From Selenomonadaceae bacterium (GTDB lineage: Bacteria > Bacillota > Negativicutes > Selenomonadales > Selenomonadaceae), in NCBI GenBank assembly GCA_045617105.1, contig JAZLHW010000048.1:1574-65573 (forward strand): a DNA stretch of 64,000 nucleotides. Reading direction: 5' to 3'. Below, one piece after another: positions 1-9,488 of this stretch. Each line of letters begins with the position of its first letter. Position 1 is the stretch's first letter. The notes beneath the pieces are model-generated. The model was not told the DNA's origin and made no database searches. It was given only the letters and a program-made list of their open reading frames with translations. Position numbers and translations under genes: made by a program.

Positions 1-250
1 CATGGGGATTCGCTTCCAGCTCCAAATCAAGATATCTGTGAATGATAGCATTCACCTGTGAAGAATCCGCCTGTGCAGATGCAAGCATGCGCTGCTCCTC
101 AGGACTGATATCCTCCACGATTCTCTTATGGATCAGAAGCTTTATTTTCTGCACATTGTCCTCGGTCTTTTCATTTTCCTTTGTCGTGGAAAAAATCTTG
201 ACCTGCATGTTTCTTCCATCCGGACGCCCCAAACGCGTCAATAGCGACAT
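1..250 (-). CDS. CpaF/TadA-type pilus ATPase, N-terminal fragment (gene runs off the window start)
   Basis: Not in the ORF track because it has no stop in the window. A reverse-strand ATG at 250-248 opens MSLLTRLGRPDGRNMQVKIFSTTKENEKTEDNVQKIKLLIHKRIVEDISPEEQRMLASAQ... This resembles the loosely conserved N-terminal region of CpaF-family ATPases. It lies directly downstream of tadE in a Tad operon that otherwise lacks its ATPase. Confidence 0.45.
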   Translation of the reverse strand, partial: MSLLTRLGRPDGRNMQVKIFSTTKENEKTEDNVQKIKLLIHKRIVEDISPEEQRMLASAQADSSQVNAIIHRYLDLELEANPH

Positions 251-296
251 CTATCTCACTCCCCTACTGCATACAAATTTTCTATTCCAAACCTTC

Positions 297-749
297 TTAC
301 GAGCTTGCACTGCCCTTTACTTCATTGTACATTCGGTACTCTACTGTGATTTTATCAATTCCTGTAAGCTGCAAGACCGCATGAAACACGCCCTTCATTG
401 CATCTGCCTCTGCCTTTACAGTCACCACGACATCATTATCCTTGTCAGCAATGGTAAGACTGCCAGGACCCTTCTTTATATTGCAGACATAAGTATCATT
501 CGGCAAATAATTTCCATTTTTGCTTGCCTGTTTCGCATACTTATCCTTGATATTTGCATATTCACTGCTTTGCGCAAGGGAAGCCTCTCTAGCTACCGAC
601 CTCGCCAAATGATTCATTGCGATATAGTCTGAAAGCACGAACCCTGAAAAAATGATTCCTATCAAAAGTATCAAAAAAATAGGCAGTACCAATGCAAATT
701 CCACGATGGTCTGCGCTTTTTGCCTAATCCTTCCCATACTGCCCTCCAT
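297..749 (-). CDS. TadE/TadG-like pseudopilin
   Basis: 150 aa. The N-terminus QKAQTIVEFALVLPIFLILLIGIIFSGF matches the TadE-like N-terminal motif (VEFAL plus a hydrophobic helix). It follows two flp genes. Confidence 0.75.
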   Translation of the reverse strand: MEGSMGRIRQKAQTIVEFALVLPIFLILLIGIIFSGFVLSDYIAMNHLARSVAREASLAQSSEYANIKDKYAKQASKNGNYLPNDTYVCNIKKGPGSLTIADKDNDVVVTVKAEADAMKGVFHAVLQLTGIDKITVEYRMYNEVKGSASS

Positions 750-837
750 TTACAAATAAAAAACAACACAATCACTTAGAAAGAGTCTCCCCACAAATGT
801 GAGGAGACCTCTCTCAAAAAGGTAAGAGACTAACTAA

Positions 838-1026
838 TTACTTTGTTGCATTCAGCTGCGAAGTTGCAGAGTTGAATACGTTGTTGATACCGCCCTTAAG
901 TCCACCGCTGTTCATGAGAACTGCAGCGATGATGACAACAAAAGCGAGGATGAGTGCATACTCAACCATGCCCTGTGCCTTTTCGCTCAAATAGCGAGCC
1001 TTCAAATAATCGATAACCTCCATCAT
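838..1026 (-). CDS. flp: Flp-family prepilin
   Basis: 62 aa. The leader ends ...EKAQG and is followed by MVEYALILAFVVIIAAVL. This is the Flp prepilin signature: a Gly cleavage site, then xxEY and a hydrophobic helix. Confidence 0.85.
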   Translation of the reverse strand: MMEVIDYLKARYLSEKAQGMVEYALILAFVVIIAAVLMNSGGLKGGINNVFNSATSQLNATK

Positions 1027-1094
1027 AAAAAAACCCTCCTCTTAATAAGTAAAACATTCTATATGCAAAGCCCATTCGGGACATCACACCAAAA

Positions 1095-1274
1095 TCACTT
1101 TCCGTTCAAAGCACTGGCCGTTGAACCGAAAACATTCCCCATCTCATTAAGCATTTTTGGAGAACCAGCCACAAGCGCCATAGAAACAACCACCACGAAT
1201 GCCAACAGCAACGCATATTCCACCATGCCCTGCGCTTTTTGATCTCCCGCTTTTTTTGCAACGCGATGTTCCAT
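1095..1274 (-). CDS. flp: Flp-family prepilin, second paralogue
   Basis: ORF-track frame 1095..1373 trimmed. GGAGGA lies 5 nt upstream of the ATG at 1274. The product is MEHRVAKKAGDQKAQG/MVEYALLLAFVVVVSMAL... The longer ORF would overlap the upstream tadB-like gene. Confidence 0.8.
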   Translation of the reverse strand: MEHRVAKKAGDQKAQGMVEYALLLAFVVVVSMALVAGSPKMLNEMGNVFGSTASALNGK

Positions 1275-1311
1275 TTTATCCTCCATAAAATAACATGTAC
1301 TATCTACATCA

Positions 1312-2280
1312 TCACACATCGATATCCACAATCTTGCGGATAATAAAAAGCGCAACCAATACCAAAACAGCACCTATGACCAGCGCAATCTGCCCGTAAA
1401 TATTGTCCAGCATCGGCTGAAAATAAGTTGGATTCTGCCACTTGACAAAACCAGCGATTGCAAAAGGAAGCGCACCAACGATCATGCCGGAAAACCTTCC
1501 CTGTGCTGTCAGAGATAAAACCTCGTTTCTCATACGGATACGTTCCATAATCGTATCACTGATGCTATCCAAGACCTGCGAAAGATTACCGCCAACCTGC
1601 CGTTGGATCAGCACTGCAGTCACCACAAGGTCAAAATCCGGGCATTTCAGTCTCTGGCTCATATTCTCCAAAGCAACATCCAACGTCGCTCCGAGATTTA
1701 CCTCAGCAATAACCTTTTGGAATTCCTCGCCAATAGGCGGCTGCATCTCTCTGGAAATCAATTCCATCGCCTGCATAAAGCTGAAGCCGGCACGAAGAGC
1801 ATTCGACACCATCACCAAGGTATCCCCCAACTGGTTCAGAAATGCTTTGCGGCGATTGCTGATCGTGAAATTCAAGTAAGCAAGGCAGCAAACAAACGTA
1901 AGCACCATGCCTCCAACCAAAAACACCCAATCAAAAGTCAGCAAAAAGAGAAATAAACCAACACAAACGGAAAGCCCTGCCACCATGACCTGAAATTCCG
2001 CTCCAAAAATCGGCCAGCCAGCCTGCTGCATCTTGAGGTCAAGATCCGCATTTCTATGAACCCTGCGCCATCTCGTTGCAAGAATACGAACCCTTGCCAA
2101 GAAAGTCCTTTTGTTTCTCTTTTCCCTGACCTTCTTGGAATCCGTCTCCTGTTCAACTCTGGCAGACAGAGATTCCAAACGCTGCACCATCGCATTCTTT
2201 TTTCCCTGCTTTATCGTCAGGAAAAAAGTCACGACCAAAAACATAATAAGCGTTACTAACGCAGCAACTACTATCTTCAT
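1312..2280 (-). CDS. Type II secretion F-family inner-membrane platform protein (TadB/TadC-like)
   Basis: 322 aa. T2SS-F domain region LGDTLVMVSNALRAGFSFMQAMELI...LGATLDVALENMSQRL...LVVTAVLIQRQVGGNL, plus flanking TM helices. Its start overlaps the upstream gene's stop by 4 nt. Confidence 0.8.
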   Translation of the reverse strand: MKIVVAALVTLIMFLVVTFFLTIKQGKKNAMVQRLESLSARVEQETDSKKVREKRNKRTFLARVRILATRWRRVHRNADLDLKMQQAGWPIFGAEFQVMVAGLSVCVGLFLFLLTFDWVFLVGGMVLTFVCCLAYLNFTISNRRKAFLNQLGDTLVMVSNALRAGFSFMQAMELISREMQPPIGEEFQKVIAEVNLGATLDVALENMSQRLKCPDFDLVVTAVLIQRQVGGNLSQVLDSISDTIMERIRMRNEVLSLTAQGRFSGMIVGALPFAIAGFVKWQNPTYFQPMLDNIYGQIALVIGAVLVLVALFIIRKIVDIDV

Positions 2281-3401
2281 AGCTCATCCCACCGAATTTG
2301 CTTCCTGCCAAGCAATCGATCCGCCAAAAGGTTGATGGACATCGCCAGCTGGCTGCCAGGCTCTAAATCAAGTGCCATGTGACCATTGTCTGCCGCTGCT
2401 GAAACCATCACATACTCATTTGGTATGATTGCCTCCACGGGACGCTCCAAATTATCCTCCAAAAACCTCTGGGAAGAAGCATCACACGGATTTACGCGAG
2501 TGAATACCGTTTTGACACGGTCACTGGCATCTTCCCAATCATCAAAAATCTGCAACGCACGCTGTACGTGACGCACCTCATAGGCTCCATTGACCATAGC
2601 AACCACATAGGTAAGGTCAGAAGCCTCTGCCGCAGCAATCGAAATAGGACAGAATCCTTGCGGCACATCCACCAATACATAGCGAAACAGGCTTTTTGCC
2701 ATCGTTAAAAGACTCAAGAACGGATCTATTTCCACCTTGTCACTGAGATTCGGCGTTTTCGTCCCGCAAAGAAGAGATATTTTCTCCGTCACCGGAACGA
2801 AATAACCATTCAAGGAAACCGGCGAAAGAAAATCTATATCCCGAACAGCCTCAACAATAGTACTCTTTGGCTCGACATTGAAAAACACTGCCATATCGCC
2901 AAATTGCAGATCGGCATCAATGATGCCAACAGGCTCACCTGTCTTGCGTGCAAGGCTCACAGCCAAGTTAGAAATCAAGGTTGTCTTCCCGCTCTTTCCT
3001 TTAGGACTAAAGAATGTAATAACCTGTGAATGACCTTCCAAAGAGATTCGATTGAATGTCTCCAGTGACTTAATAAGCTCGTTACTGGTAAACGGCTTCA
3101 TCAAATATCCTCTTGCACCGGAACGAACCAAATGGCTTGCCGTATCCGCTTGCCAATGCTCACCCATACAAACGATTGATATTCCAGGATACACCCTCTT
3201 AAAATCTTCCAAGGTAGATATCGGATTATTCTCAATATCCAACAGGATAAGGTTTGGATTGAATACTGCTCCCTGACCAAGCGCATCGCTCGGGCTTTGA
3301 TAGCGAGCCGCCAGCTTGAATCCAATGGTTTCCTTGATGACGTTTGCCAAACGCTCCAACATAAGGCGATCGCTCTCTACCAGCAATACCTGATATTCCA
3401 T
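2277..3401 (-). CDS. Receiver-domain plus CpaE/TadZ-like (ParA/MinD-fold) pilus localisation ATPase
   Basis: 374 aa. N-terminal REC-like fold (VLLVESD..., LILLD, YLMKPF). This is followed by a P-loop FFSPKGKSGKTTLISNLA and IIDADLQFGD, typical of CpaE/TadZ. Confidence 0.75.
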   Translation of the reverse strand: MEYQVLLVESDRLMLERLANVIKETIGFKLAARYQSPSDALGQGAVFNPNLILLDIENNPISTLEDFKRVYPGISIVCMGEHWQADTASHLVRSGARGYLMKPFTSNELIKSLETFNRISLEGHSQVITFFSPKGKSGKTTLISNLAVSLARKTGEPVGIIDADLQFGDMAVFFNVEPKSTIVEAVRDIDFLSPVSLNGYFVPVTEKISLLCGTKTPNLSDKVEIDPFLSLLTMAKSLFRYVLVDVPQGFCPISIAAAEASDLTYVVAMVNGAYEVRHVQRALQIFDDWEDASDRVKTVFTRVNPCDASSQRFLEDNLERPVEAIIPNEYVMVSAAADNGHMALDLEPGSQLAMSINLLADRLLGRKQIRWDEL

Positions 3402-3413
3402 GCTTTACACCCC

Positions 3414-4250
3414 TTATCCACCAAACAACCGACTGAACAACGAACCGCCGCTCTTTTTTTCCTGCTTCTGTAATACAGGCTCCGACTTGCCTCGATTCGT
3501 GCACAGAGTCACCATTTCCTTAATGCTCATGCCGATATCCGTTGCCCCATCATCAAACACAAGCGGAACTCCACTCTGGATTGACCTGCTTGCTACCTTA
3601 AAATTATTCAGCACAACAAAGTCAAACCTCGTATTCAAAAGATGGTTTTCCACTTCCTCAATAGGAATACGCGTCACAGCATCGCTTCGATTCAAGACGT
3701 ATCTTATCTTGTCCTTGTCGTAATTCAACTCCTTGAGGGTATCACTCCCTATCTTCATGTTCTTGATGGTAGGTATGAAATCCACGATTCCCATGAAGAA
3801 TATAATCGTACTCATGTCAAGGACCGCCAAATTCAATTCACTGAACATGGAAGAAGTATCGACAATTACATAATCGAAAATTTCCTGCAATTTCTTTAAT
3901 ATTTTTTTTATACTTTCCACAGACATGTTATAGGCTTCTTCCAACTTTGTAGGCGACGCCATGACATAAAAGAGAGCCTCATCATAGTCATACGGGAGCA
4001 AAAACTCCTGCACTCTGCAAGAATCTCCCTGCACATTAAGAGCCTGCTGGGCATCTGCAATCGTACGGGTAGGAGAAATCTGCAAATAATTGCAGACATC
4101 CCCAAATTGGAGGTCAAGGTCAACAACACATGCCCTTGCACCTCTCCTAGCTATTTCTGCCGCCATATTGCAGCTGAGCAAGGTCTTTCCTACGGCAGAA
4201 GCCGTACTGAAAAAAGTCAGCACTGTTCCTTTGATGCGTTCCCCTGCCAA
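3414..4250 (-). CDS. CpaE-like ParA/MinD-fold protein with degenerate Walker A
   Basis: 278 aa. VVDLDLQFGDV and VIVDTSS motifs match the CpaE/MinD fold. The P-loop reads FFSTASAVGKT rather than KGGxGKT, so the signature Lys and both Gly are lost. Confidence 0.65.
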   Translation of the reverse strand: MAGERIKGTVLTFFSTASAVGKTLLSCNMAAEIARRGARACVVDLDLQFGDVCNYLQISPTRTIADAQQALNVQGDSCRVQEFLLPYDYDEALFYVMASPTKLEEAYNMSVESIKKILKKLQEIFDYVIVDTSSMFSELNLAVLDMSTIIFFMGIVDFIPTIKNMKIGSDTLKELNYDKDKIRYVLNRSDAVTRIPIEEVENHLLNTRFDFVVLNNFKVASRSIQSGVPLVFDDGATDIGMSIKEMVTLCTNRGKSEPVLQKQEKKSGGSLFSRLFGG

Positions 4251-4262
4251 CTTTCTCCCTCC

Positions 4263-5786
4263 TTACTTCTCTGCCGCAGCCTTCTCCTCTGGAGTCGCTG
4301 CCGGCAACACATCTTGATTCAAGTATTTTCCAAGAATAGAGTCTTCCTTCTCCGTTGCCTTAACAGGACGCTTCTTTGCGTCTGCCTTCTTTTCAGCTTC
4401 CTTTACTTCCTCTGTTTCCTCAGCCTCTGGAATCTCGCCATTCACATCAATTTCCTTGAGGTTTGCTTCCTCCCTGCGGGCATCTTGGAATTTCTTTTCC
4501 ATCTTCGGTCCCATCTTCACAGGAGTTGTCTCGTTCACGATACGCGGACGAATGAGAATAACAAGTTCCCTCTTGTCCTTCGAATTAGAACGATGCTTGA
4601 AGAACTCACCCAAGATTGGAATATTGCTCAAAAGTGGAATCTTCTTGATCGTTTCCTGATCTTGATTGTTCATCAAACCGCCAATCGCCATCATCATACC
4701 GGACGGCACGTTGATTACTGCATTTGCCGTTCTCTTGGTGAGTGCCGGATACGTCGTATTATTGATCGTGACAGCATTTGCATAATCCAAGCTGCTGATC
4801 TCTGCCTCAATTCTCGAGGTCACATTGTTTTCCTTATCCACAACAGGTTCAATATGAAGCTTGATACCATAATCCTTCCACTCTACGGTAGGGGTTCCAT
4901 AGTTGTTATTCCCATAAATCACGAATGGAATCGATCCGCCGATGGTGATCTCAGCAGTTTCACCGCTCATTGTCGTGATATTTGGACGGGAAAGAATATT
5001 CATCTTTCCTTCTGATGCAAGTGCCTGAATCTGCCAATCCAGCTTGTCAAACCACTTGCCTGTGATGTCATGGAAGTTCGTACCGCCGGCAAAAAGCCCA
5101 GCCGTACCAAACTGTATCTCTGCAGTGGTAAAAGTGCTTCCGCCCATCGTCGTCTCAGAATAACCAACTTTGCTGTTAGCATACTGTATTCCCAGATCCT
5201 TCTTGTCAGAATCTGCAATATCCACGATCCATGCTTCCAAATTCACCTGCAGAGGATTGCTCATTTCCAACATATTGACGATAGAGGAGCTGGCATTTGT
5301 CTTGATATTGCCGCGTTCATCGAGTGCCGTTGCTCCATTTACATACATGGATGCAACCTGCTCCGCCATTATTTTTTCCGACTGATTGGCAACCATGCCA
5401 CGAAGCAAAATCTTTCCATCTGCCATCTCTACCCTGACACCCGGCAGGTTGATTGCCTTCTGTATCATCTGTGCCAACGAACTGTTCATTGGGGAAACGC
5501 TGACGGAAAATTCCTGCCTCATACCGTTCTTAGTCCATATCGTAAGACCTGTCGTACCCGTTTCCTTTGCAATGATATTGAGAGCGCTGGGACCCAATAC
5601 TGCGACATCTGCAATATTAGGATTCACAACAGCCACCTTGTCGATAGCAGAACCCGTATTCAAATAATAAGCCTGATTGACCTCCAGCCAAATTGGCTGT
5701 ACCGCCGCATAAGCGGGTGCAGGTGCAAGACATGCAGCAGTTGCAGCAGCAAGACCCATCCCAAATTTTTTATTGAATTGCCACAT
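4263..5786 (-). CDS. cpaC: CpaC/RcpA-type Tad secretin (outer-membrane channel)
   Basis: 507 aa. Signal peptide ...APAPAYA. N-terminal pilus-assembly domain (VAVVNPNIADVAVLGPSALNIIAKETGTTGLTIW). C-terminal secretin signature KIPLLSNIPILGEFFKHRSNSKDKRELVILIRPRIV. A K/E-rich tail follows. Confidence 0.88.
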   Translation of the reverse strand: MWQFNKKFGMGLAAATAACLAPAPAYAAVQPIWLEVNQAYYLNTGSAIDKVAVVNPNIADVAVLGPSALNIIAKETGTTGLTIWTKNGMRQEFSVSVSPMNSSLAQMIQKAINLPGVRVEMADGKILLRGMVANQSEKIMAEQVASMYVNGATALDERGNIKTNASSSIVNMLEMSNPLQVNLEAWIVDIADSDKKDLGIQYANSKVGYSETTMGGSTFTTAEIQFGTAGLFAGGTNFHDITGKWFDKLDWQIQALASEGKMNILSRPNITTMSGETAEITIGGSIPFVIYGNNNYGTPTVEWKDYGIKLHIEPVVDKENNVTSRIEAEISSLDYANAVTINNTTYPALTKRTANAVINVPSGMMMAIGGLMNNQDQETIKKIPLLSNIPILGEFFKHRSNSKDKRELVILIRPRIVNETTPVKMGPKMEKKFQDARREEANLKEIDVNGEIPEAEETEEVKEAEKKADAKKRPVKATEKEDSILGKYLNQDVLPAATPEEKAAAEK

Positions 5787-5788
5787 GC

Positions 5789-6880
5789 TTACTTGCCCTC
5801 CTCTGTTCCTCTAAATACCTTAATACCATAATTGTTGCTTGCAGACGGTGCTGCAGGTGCCGCAGGTGCAGCTGGCATATTAAACGACGGCATAGGAATC
5901 TGCGGCATAGGAGCCGGCTGTGCTTCCTTCTTCTCTGGTGCCACAATCTGGAAATACTCTGTATCCAAAACAAACATATCGCGTGGCTTGTACGGGCGAA
6001 GCAAGAGATAAACCGTTCCCTGCTGGCTCGCCACCGCAAGCTTTAATGCTTCCTCCGGCGTAATAGCGAGCGTAGCCGTTGCCATTGCTTCACCGGAAGC
6101 CTTTACATCATTACTTGGATTTTCATTTTTCTTCTCTTTATTTTCTTCTCCTTCTCCGTCCTTCTCCTTGCCATCTTCCTTCTTTACCTCTGGCTTTGGA
6201 GCACCTGCCTGATGGACGTTTGCTGTCTTGTTGATACCTAAAAGCAGTACATTTTGAAGAAGAAGCTCACCGCTGACACGACCGTTATTATTTTTTCCAT
6301 TGACCAGCATGACATCTACATAGTCACCCGGTTTAGCAAATCCAGCCACACCAGTAACATCATTGATAGCGATAGAAATTGCACGGCAATCCGGAGGAAT
6401 CATACCAATGAAGCCTGCCATTCGCAGATCTGCCAAGAGCTTTTTCTCCGTCACGACATCACCCTGCAAGATCATGACCGCTGCCGGCTTGTTGACAGCA
6501 CTCTGGATATCCTTGACTGCCCCTGCCGGTACAGCACCGGAAGGAACCTCTACCATCTTCAGCATTTCTGCCTTGACTACAGTACGCTGCGGAATATCCT
6601 GATTCGCAACGACCACAGATACCATGCTCGTCTGTGCTGACTTTTCCCTTTCTGCCCTGTTGCCAGCACCGTCATCCATAACAAAATAAATCATCACACC
6701 CAACAGGATACTGCAAAGTGCGCCTATCATGAGATATTGGCGATAGGACAGCTTATCCGCCAAATCCCTGAATCGTTCTAGTATACTCGGACCTTTCATA
6801 CTACATATTTTCTCCTTCCCCAACGCAAGCATCCCCATAAAATTCCCTTGCATCCATCCTGCCTGCTCTTTTTCCGCCAT
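5789..6880 (-). CDS. cpaB: CpaB/RcpC-like Flp pilus assembly protein (SAF domain)
   Basis: One TM helix (YLMIGALCSILLGVMIYFV), then the CpaB-like core (VVVANQDIPQRTVV..., RAISIAINDVTGVAGFAKPGDYVDV). It also has low-complexity K/E and P/A segments. The true start may be the ATG at 6799 (MKGPSILERF...). Confidence 0.7.
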   Translation of the reverse strand: MAEKEQAGWMQGNFMGMLALGKEKICSMKGPSILERFRDLADKLSYRQYLMIGALCSILLGVMIYFVMDDGAGNRAEREKSAQTSMVSVVVANQDIPQRTVVKAEMLKMVEVPSGAVPAGAVKDIQSAVNKPAAVMILQGDVVTEKKLLADLRMAGFIGMIPPDCRAISIAINDVTGVAGFAKPGDYVDVMLVNGKNNNGRVSGELLLQNVLLLGINKTANVHQAGAPKPEVKKEDGKEKDGEGEENKEKKNENPSNDVKASGEAMATATLAITPEEALKLAVASQQGTVYLLLRPYKPRDMFVLDTEYFQIVAPEKKEAQPAPMPQIPMPSFNMPAAPAAPAAPSASNNYGIKVFRGTEEGK

Positions 6881-7072
6881 ATTTCACGAGAATGTTCAGA
6901 AAAGCCATTCATGCTTCCTGAACCTTTTGCTTCATCTGACGAAAAATTTTCTAAGCAATCTGAATTCACCGAATTTTTAGAGAGTGCCGCATCTTATTTG
7001 AAATCCCTGCTAGTATTATCTACACTACCTTACGCTATATAATAACACATCATATTCCACATTTCCATAGCT

Positions 7073-7105
7073 TTCTGAAAAAAAAATGAAAAATTTTTTT
7101 CAGAA
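7073..7105. repeat. A/T-run inverted repeat in the divergent cpaB/cpaA intergenic region
   Basis: TTCTGAAAAAAA (7073-7084) and TTTTTTTCAGAA (7094-7105) are exact reverse complements separated by 9 nt. Function unknown (operator or hairpin). Confidence 0.5.
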
Positions 7106-7177
7106 ACAGATTCCAAGTTGCTTGAAAAAAAACATTGTGCTTTAATAATATTGACATTTATATTGGGAGGCATTTTT

Positions 7178-7804
7178 ATGTATCTTGTTTTTCTTTCTTT
7201 GGCAGATGTCTACTCCTCATTTGGATCTGCGTGGATCGACTTCCTCTACCAACGATCTCCTGACGTTCTCAGTTACCCAGCCGACTTAAAAAGGAGAGCA
7301 CATTGCAGAAAAGCTTTTCTTTTCCTCGGATTCTTTTTCCTTCTTTCACTGACTGCTTCGGAAAGCTCCTTTGCCGTCATCTGCTACCAGCTGATCTTAT
7401 CTGCCTTCCTGCTTCTTACCATTGACACAGACTTTGAGCAGTACGTCATCTTTGACCGCATGCTGCTTCCCTTCGGAATCCTCAGTCTCCCCTTCCTCTT
7501 GCTCATGCCTTTTGGAACTATCTTCAGCCATCTGCTCGCTGCCCTTGGAGGTGGAGTCCTCTTTTTCCTGCTTGCCGTCCTGACACGCGGAGGAATTGGG
7601 GGCGGAGACATCAAGCTTATTTTTGTCCTCGGTCTTTGGCTTGGCGCTTGGCCACTCGCCGCTGTCATTCTAGGAGGATTTCTTCTTGGCGGAATCTCTG
7701 CCGCCCTTCTCATGCTTTTGGGCAAAAAGGGCAAGCATGACTTCTTCGCCTATGGACCTTATTTTTCCTTCGTGGCTCTTGCTGTTACTTACATAAAGCC
7801 ATAA
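7178..7804 (+). CDS. A24-family prepilin peptidase (CpaA/TadV-like)
   Basis: GGGAGG lies 7 nt upstream of the ATG at 7178; the ORF track starts at TTG 7118. The protein is polytopic, with the catalytic-Asp context GGGDIKLIFVLGLWLG typical of A24 peptidases. Confidence 0.8.
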   Translation: MYLVFLSLADVYSSFGSAWIDFLYQRSPDVLSYPADLKRRAHCRKAFLFLGFFFLLSLTASESSFAVICYQLILSAFLLLTIDTDFEQYVIFDRMLLPFGILSLPFLLLMPFGTIFSHLLAALGGGVLFFLLAVLTRGGIGGGDIKLIFVLGLWLGAWPLAAVILGGFLLGGISAALLMLLGKKGKHDFFAYGPYFSFVALAVTYIKP

Positions 7805-7894
7805 AATCAAATATAGGACTTATTTCTTAAGATTCTAACACATATCTGTTATCTTGTCACTGCTTTCTTTTAGAAAGTGCTGATTCATTTCTGC

Positions 7895-7931
7895 AAAAAA
7901 ATCTGGCGAAAATTTTTCGCCAGATTTTTTT
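7895..7931. terminator. Bidirectional intrinsic terminator
   Basis: AAAAAA-ATCTGGCGAAAA/TTTTCGCCAGAT-TTTTTT: a perfect hairpin flanked by an A-run and a T-run, between cpaA and the convergent paralogue 1. Confidence 0.75.
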
Positions 7932-8026
7932 ATACAAGCAAAACAGTATCCTGTCGGGGAATTGCAAGGAAATCTAATAAACCACCAAGATGTGGATATT
8001 TAAATGGATCCTTGTTTCCTTAAAAA

Positions 8027-9421
8027 TCATTCACAAGCTTCTGCCCGAATTCCCAAAATCCCCCAATACCTTGCATAAGCCACGTTATACCAGCTTTTTT
8101 CCGAATCCGTCATCTGCAGAGTTCCTAAATGTAGCCCGCTTATCCAATTTTTTTCCTCAGAAAAGTCAAAAGGTCGAATTACAAGAATTTCCTTCGTCCT
8201 TCCCTCCGAAAGTGCCGCCTGCACTTCGCTGTCCACATACCGTCCATAGTCATGCATTCCAAAAAATCCCTGCAGTGTCACTGCCATCGTTACTGCCATA
8301 TAGCAAACACCGAAAAAGCGAAGCATACGGGAAAGCTTTTCCGGCAATGCATGCCCCGTTTTTTGCATAATCTCCTGCATAATGGCACAGGAAAGAACCA
8401 AAAAAATAGTTGGGCCAAAACCGGTACGGATAGGAAATGCAGGAGAAGCCAACATGATAAACAGGGAAAGAAAGGAAACCATGAAAAAAAACTGGCACGA
8501 TTCCTTTTTCTTGGAAATTTCTTCGGAAATCTCAATTTTTTTCAATTCTCTCCAGCTTTTCCAAAGGTAATGCCATAACAAAAGCTGCACGAGCAAAATA
8601 AAACAAAAGGTCAAAAACTTTTCACTTCGCATATTCCAGCCAGTCGGCATTCCAAGGCTGGCCTCCACTGCCTCCCTTGCAAAATTGCCGGGGGCTGCCA
8701 TCATCAAAACATATCCTATGGCAAGCCCAAGGAATCCCCAAAGCATCCATCGCTGCATTTTTCCTTGACGATAACAACCATATAAGTGCAACCCCAAGAA
8801 CAAGATAACCCAGCAAACCGTATTTTCATTGGTGCAGCCGCCAAGAATTCCCAGAAAAAACATGCCAACGGCAGGAAAAGATTCCTCTATCCCCTCATGC
8901 CGGCGCACATAGGGAAACAAAAATGCCAGCAGGAGAACAATCATCCAAAGATAATGGCAAGTTCCCGTAATCCAGAACACATCACCGGAAAAACCAACGC
9001 AAAATGTCCAGAGCGCAAAGAAGATCCAAGCAATTCGCCAAGGCTTTTCGGGAAAGGAAATTCGCCCGCCGTGTCCCAGCCAATAAATTTCCAGCACAAG
9101 CAAAAGAAAGATCAGCGTATTGACCAAATCAAAAACCGGTTTCCCCAGCCAAAGAAACAGGTAAACACAAAAACAGGCGAGAATCCTGCCTCCCCAAGTA
9201 AAATAATACGCCCAAACCGAGGTCAAAATATCCCCTAACCCCTCAACTCTCCTTGCATCCTCCGGAAGTGCACGGTACATATAACCGCCATGCTCCTCAT
9301 CCCAAATGAACTGAAACAAATAATCATCCCCATACGCCAGAGGAAGCAGGCTATTTAACAGATACATAAAAATAACAATACCAATAAGCACGAATGCCGA
9401 CTGTACTTTCCTTTGCTCCAT
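8027..9421 (-). CDS. Uncharacterised polytopic membrane protein, GT-C-like (paralogue 1 of 4)
   Basis: 464 aa with at least 10 hydrophobic helices. It shares the motif set with the next three ORFs: AYGDDY after TM1, FTWGGRI, TGTCHYLWM, CTNENT, APGNFAR, and a C-terminal soluble tail. Confidence 0.6.
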   Translation of the reverse strand: MEQRKVQSAFVLIGIVIFMYLLNSLLPLAYGDDYLFQFIWDEEHGGYMYRALPEDARRVEGLGDILTSVWAYYFTWGGRILACFCVYLFLWLGKPVFDLVNTLIFLLLVLEIYWLGHGGRISFPEKPWRIAWIFFALWTFCVGFSGDVFWITGTCHYLWMIVLLLAFLFPYVRRHEGIEESFPAVGMFFLGILGGCTNENTVCWVILFLGLHLYGCYRQGKMQRWMLWGFLGLAIGYVLMMAAPGNFAREAVEASLGMPTGWNMRSEKFLTFCFILLVQLLLWHYLWKSWRELKKIEISEEISKKKESCQFFFMVSFLSLFIMLASPAFPIRTGFGPTIFLVLSCAIMQEIMQKTGHALPEKLSRMLRFFGVCYMAVTMAVTLQGFFGMHDYGRYVDSEVQAALSEGRTKEILVIRPFDFSEEKNWISGLHLGTLQMTDSEKSWYNVAYARYWGILGIRAEACE

Positions 9422-9488
9422 ATATTTTCACCTCATTCATCAAAAAAGAGGCAAGGTCTCGACCGTTCCTCACCTCATAACAAGTTTC

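Noticed and set aside
4107-5831. Long plus-strand ORFs (302 aa at 4107..5015 and 253 aa at 5070..5831) opposite the secretin gene
   Set aside because: They mirror a strongly supported minus-strand gene (cpaC). Their products are Cys/Arg/Leu-rich low-complexity sequence with no recognisable motif and no RBS.
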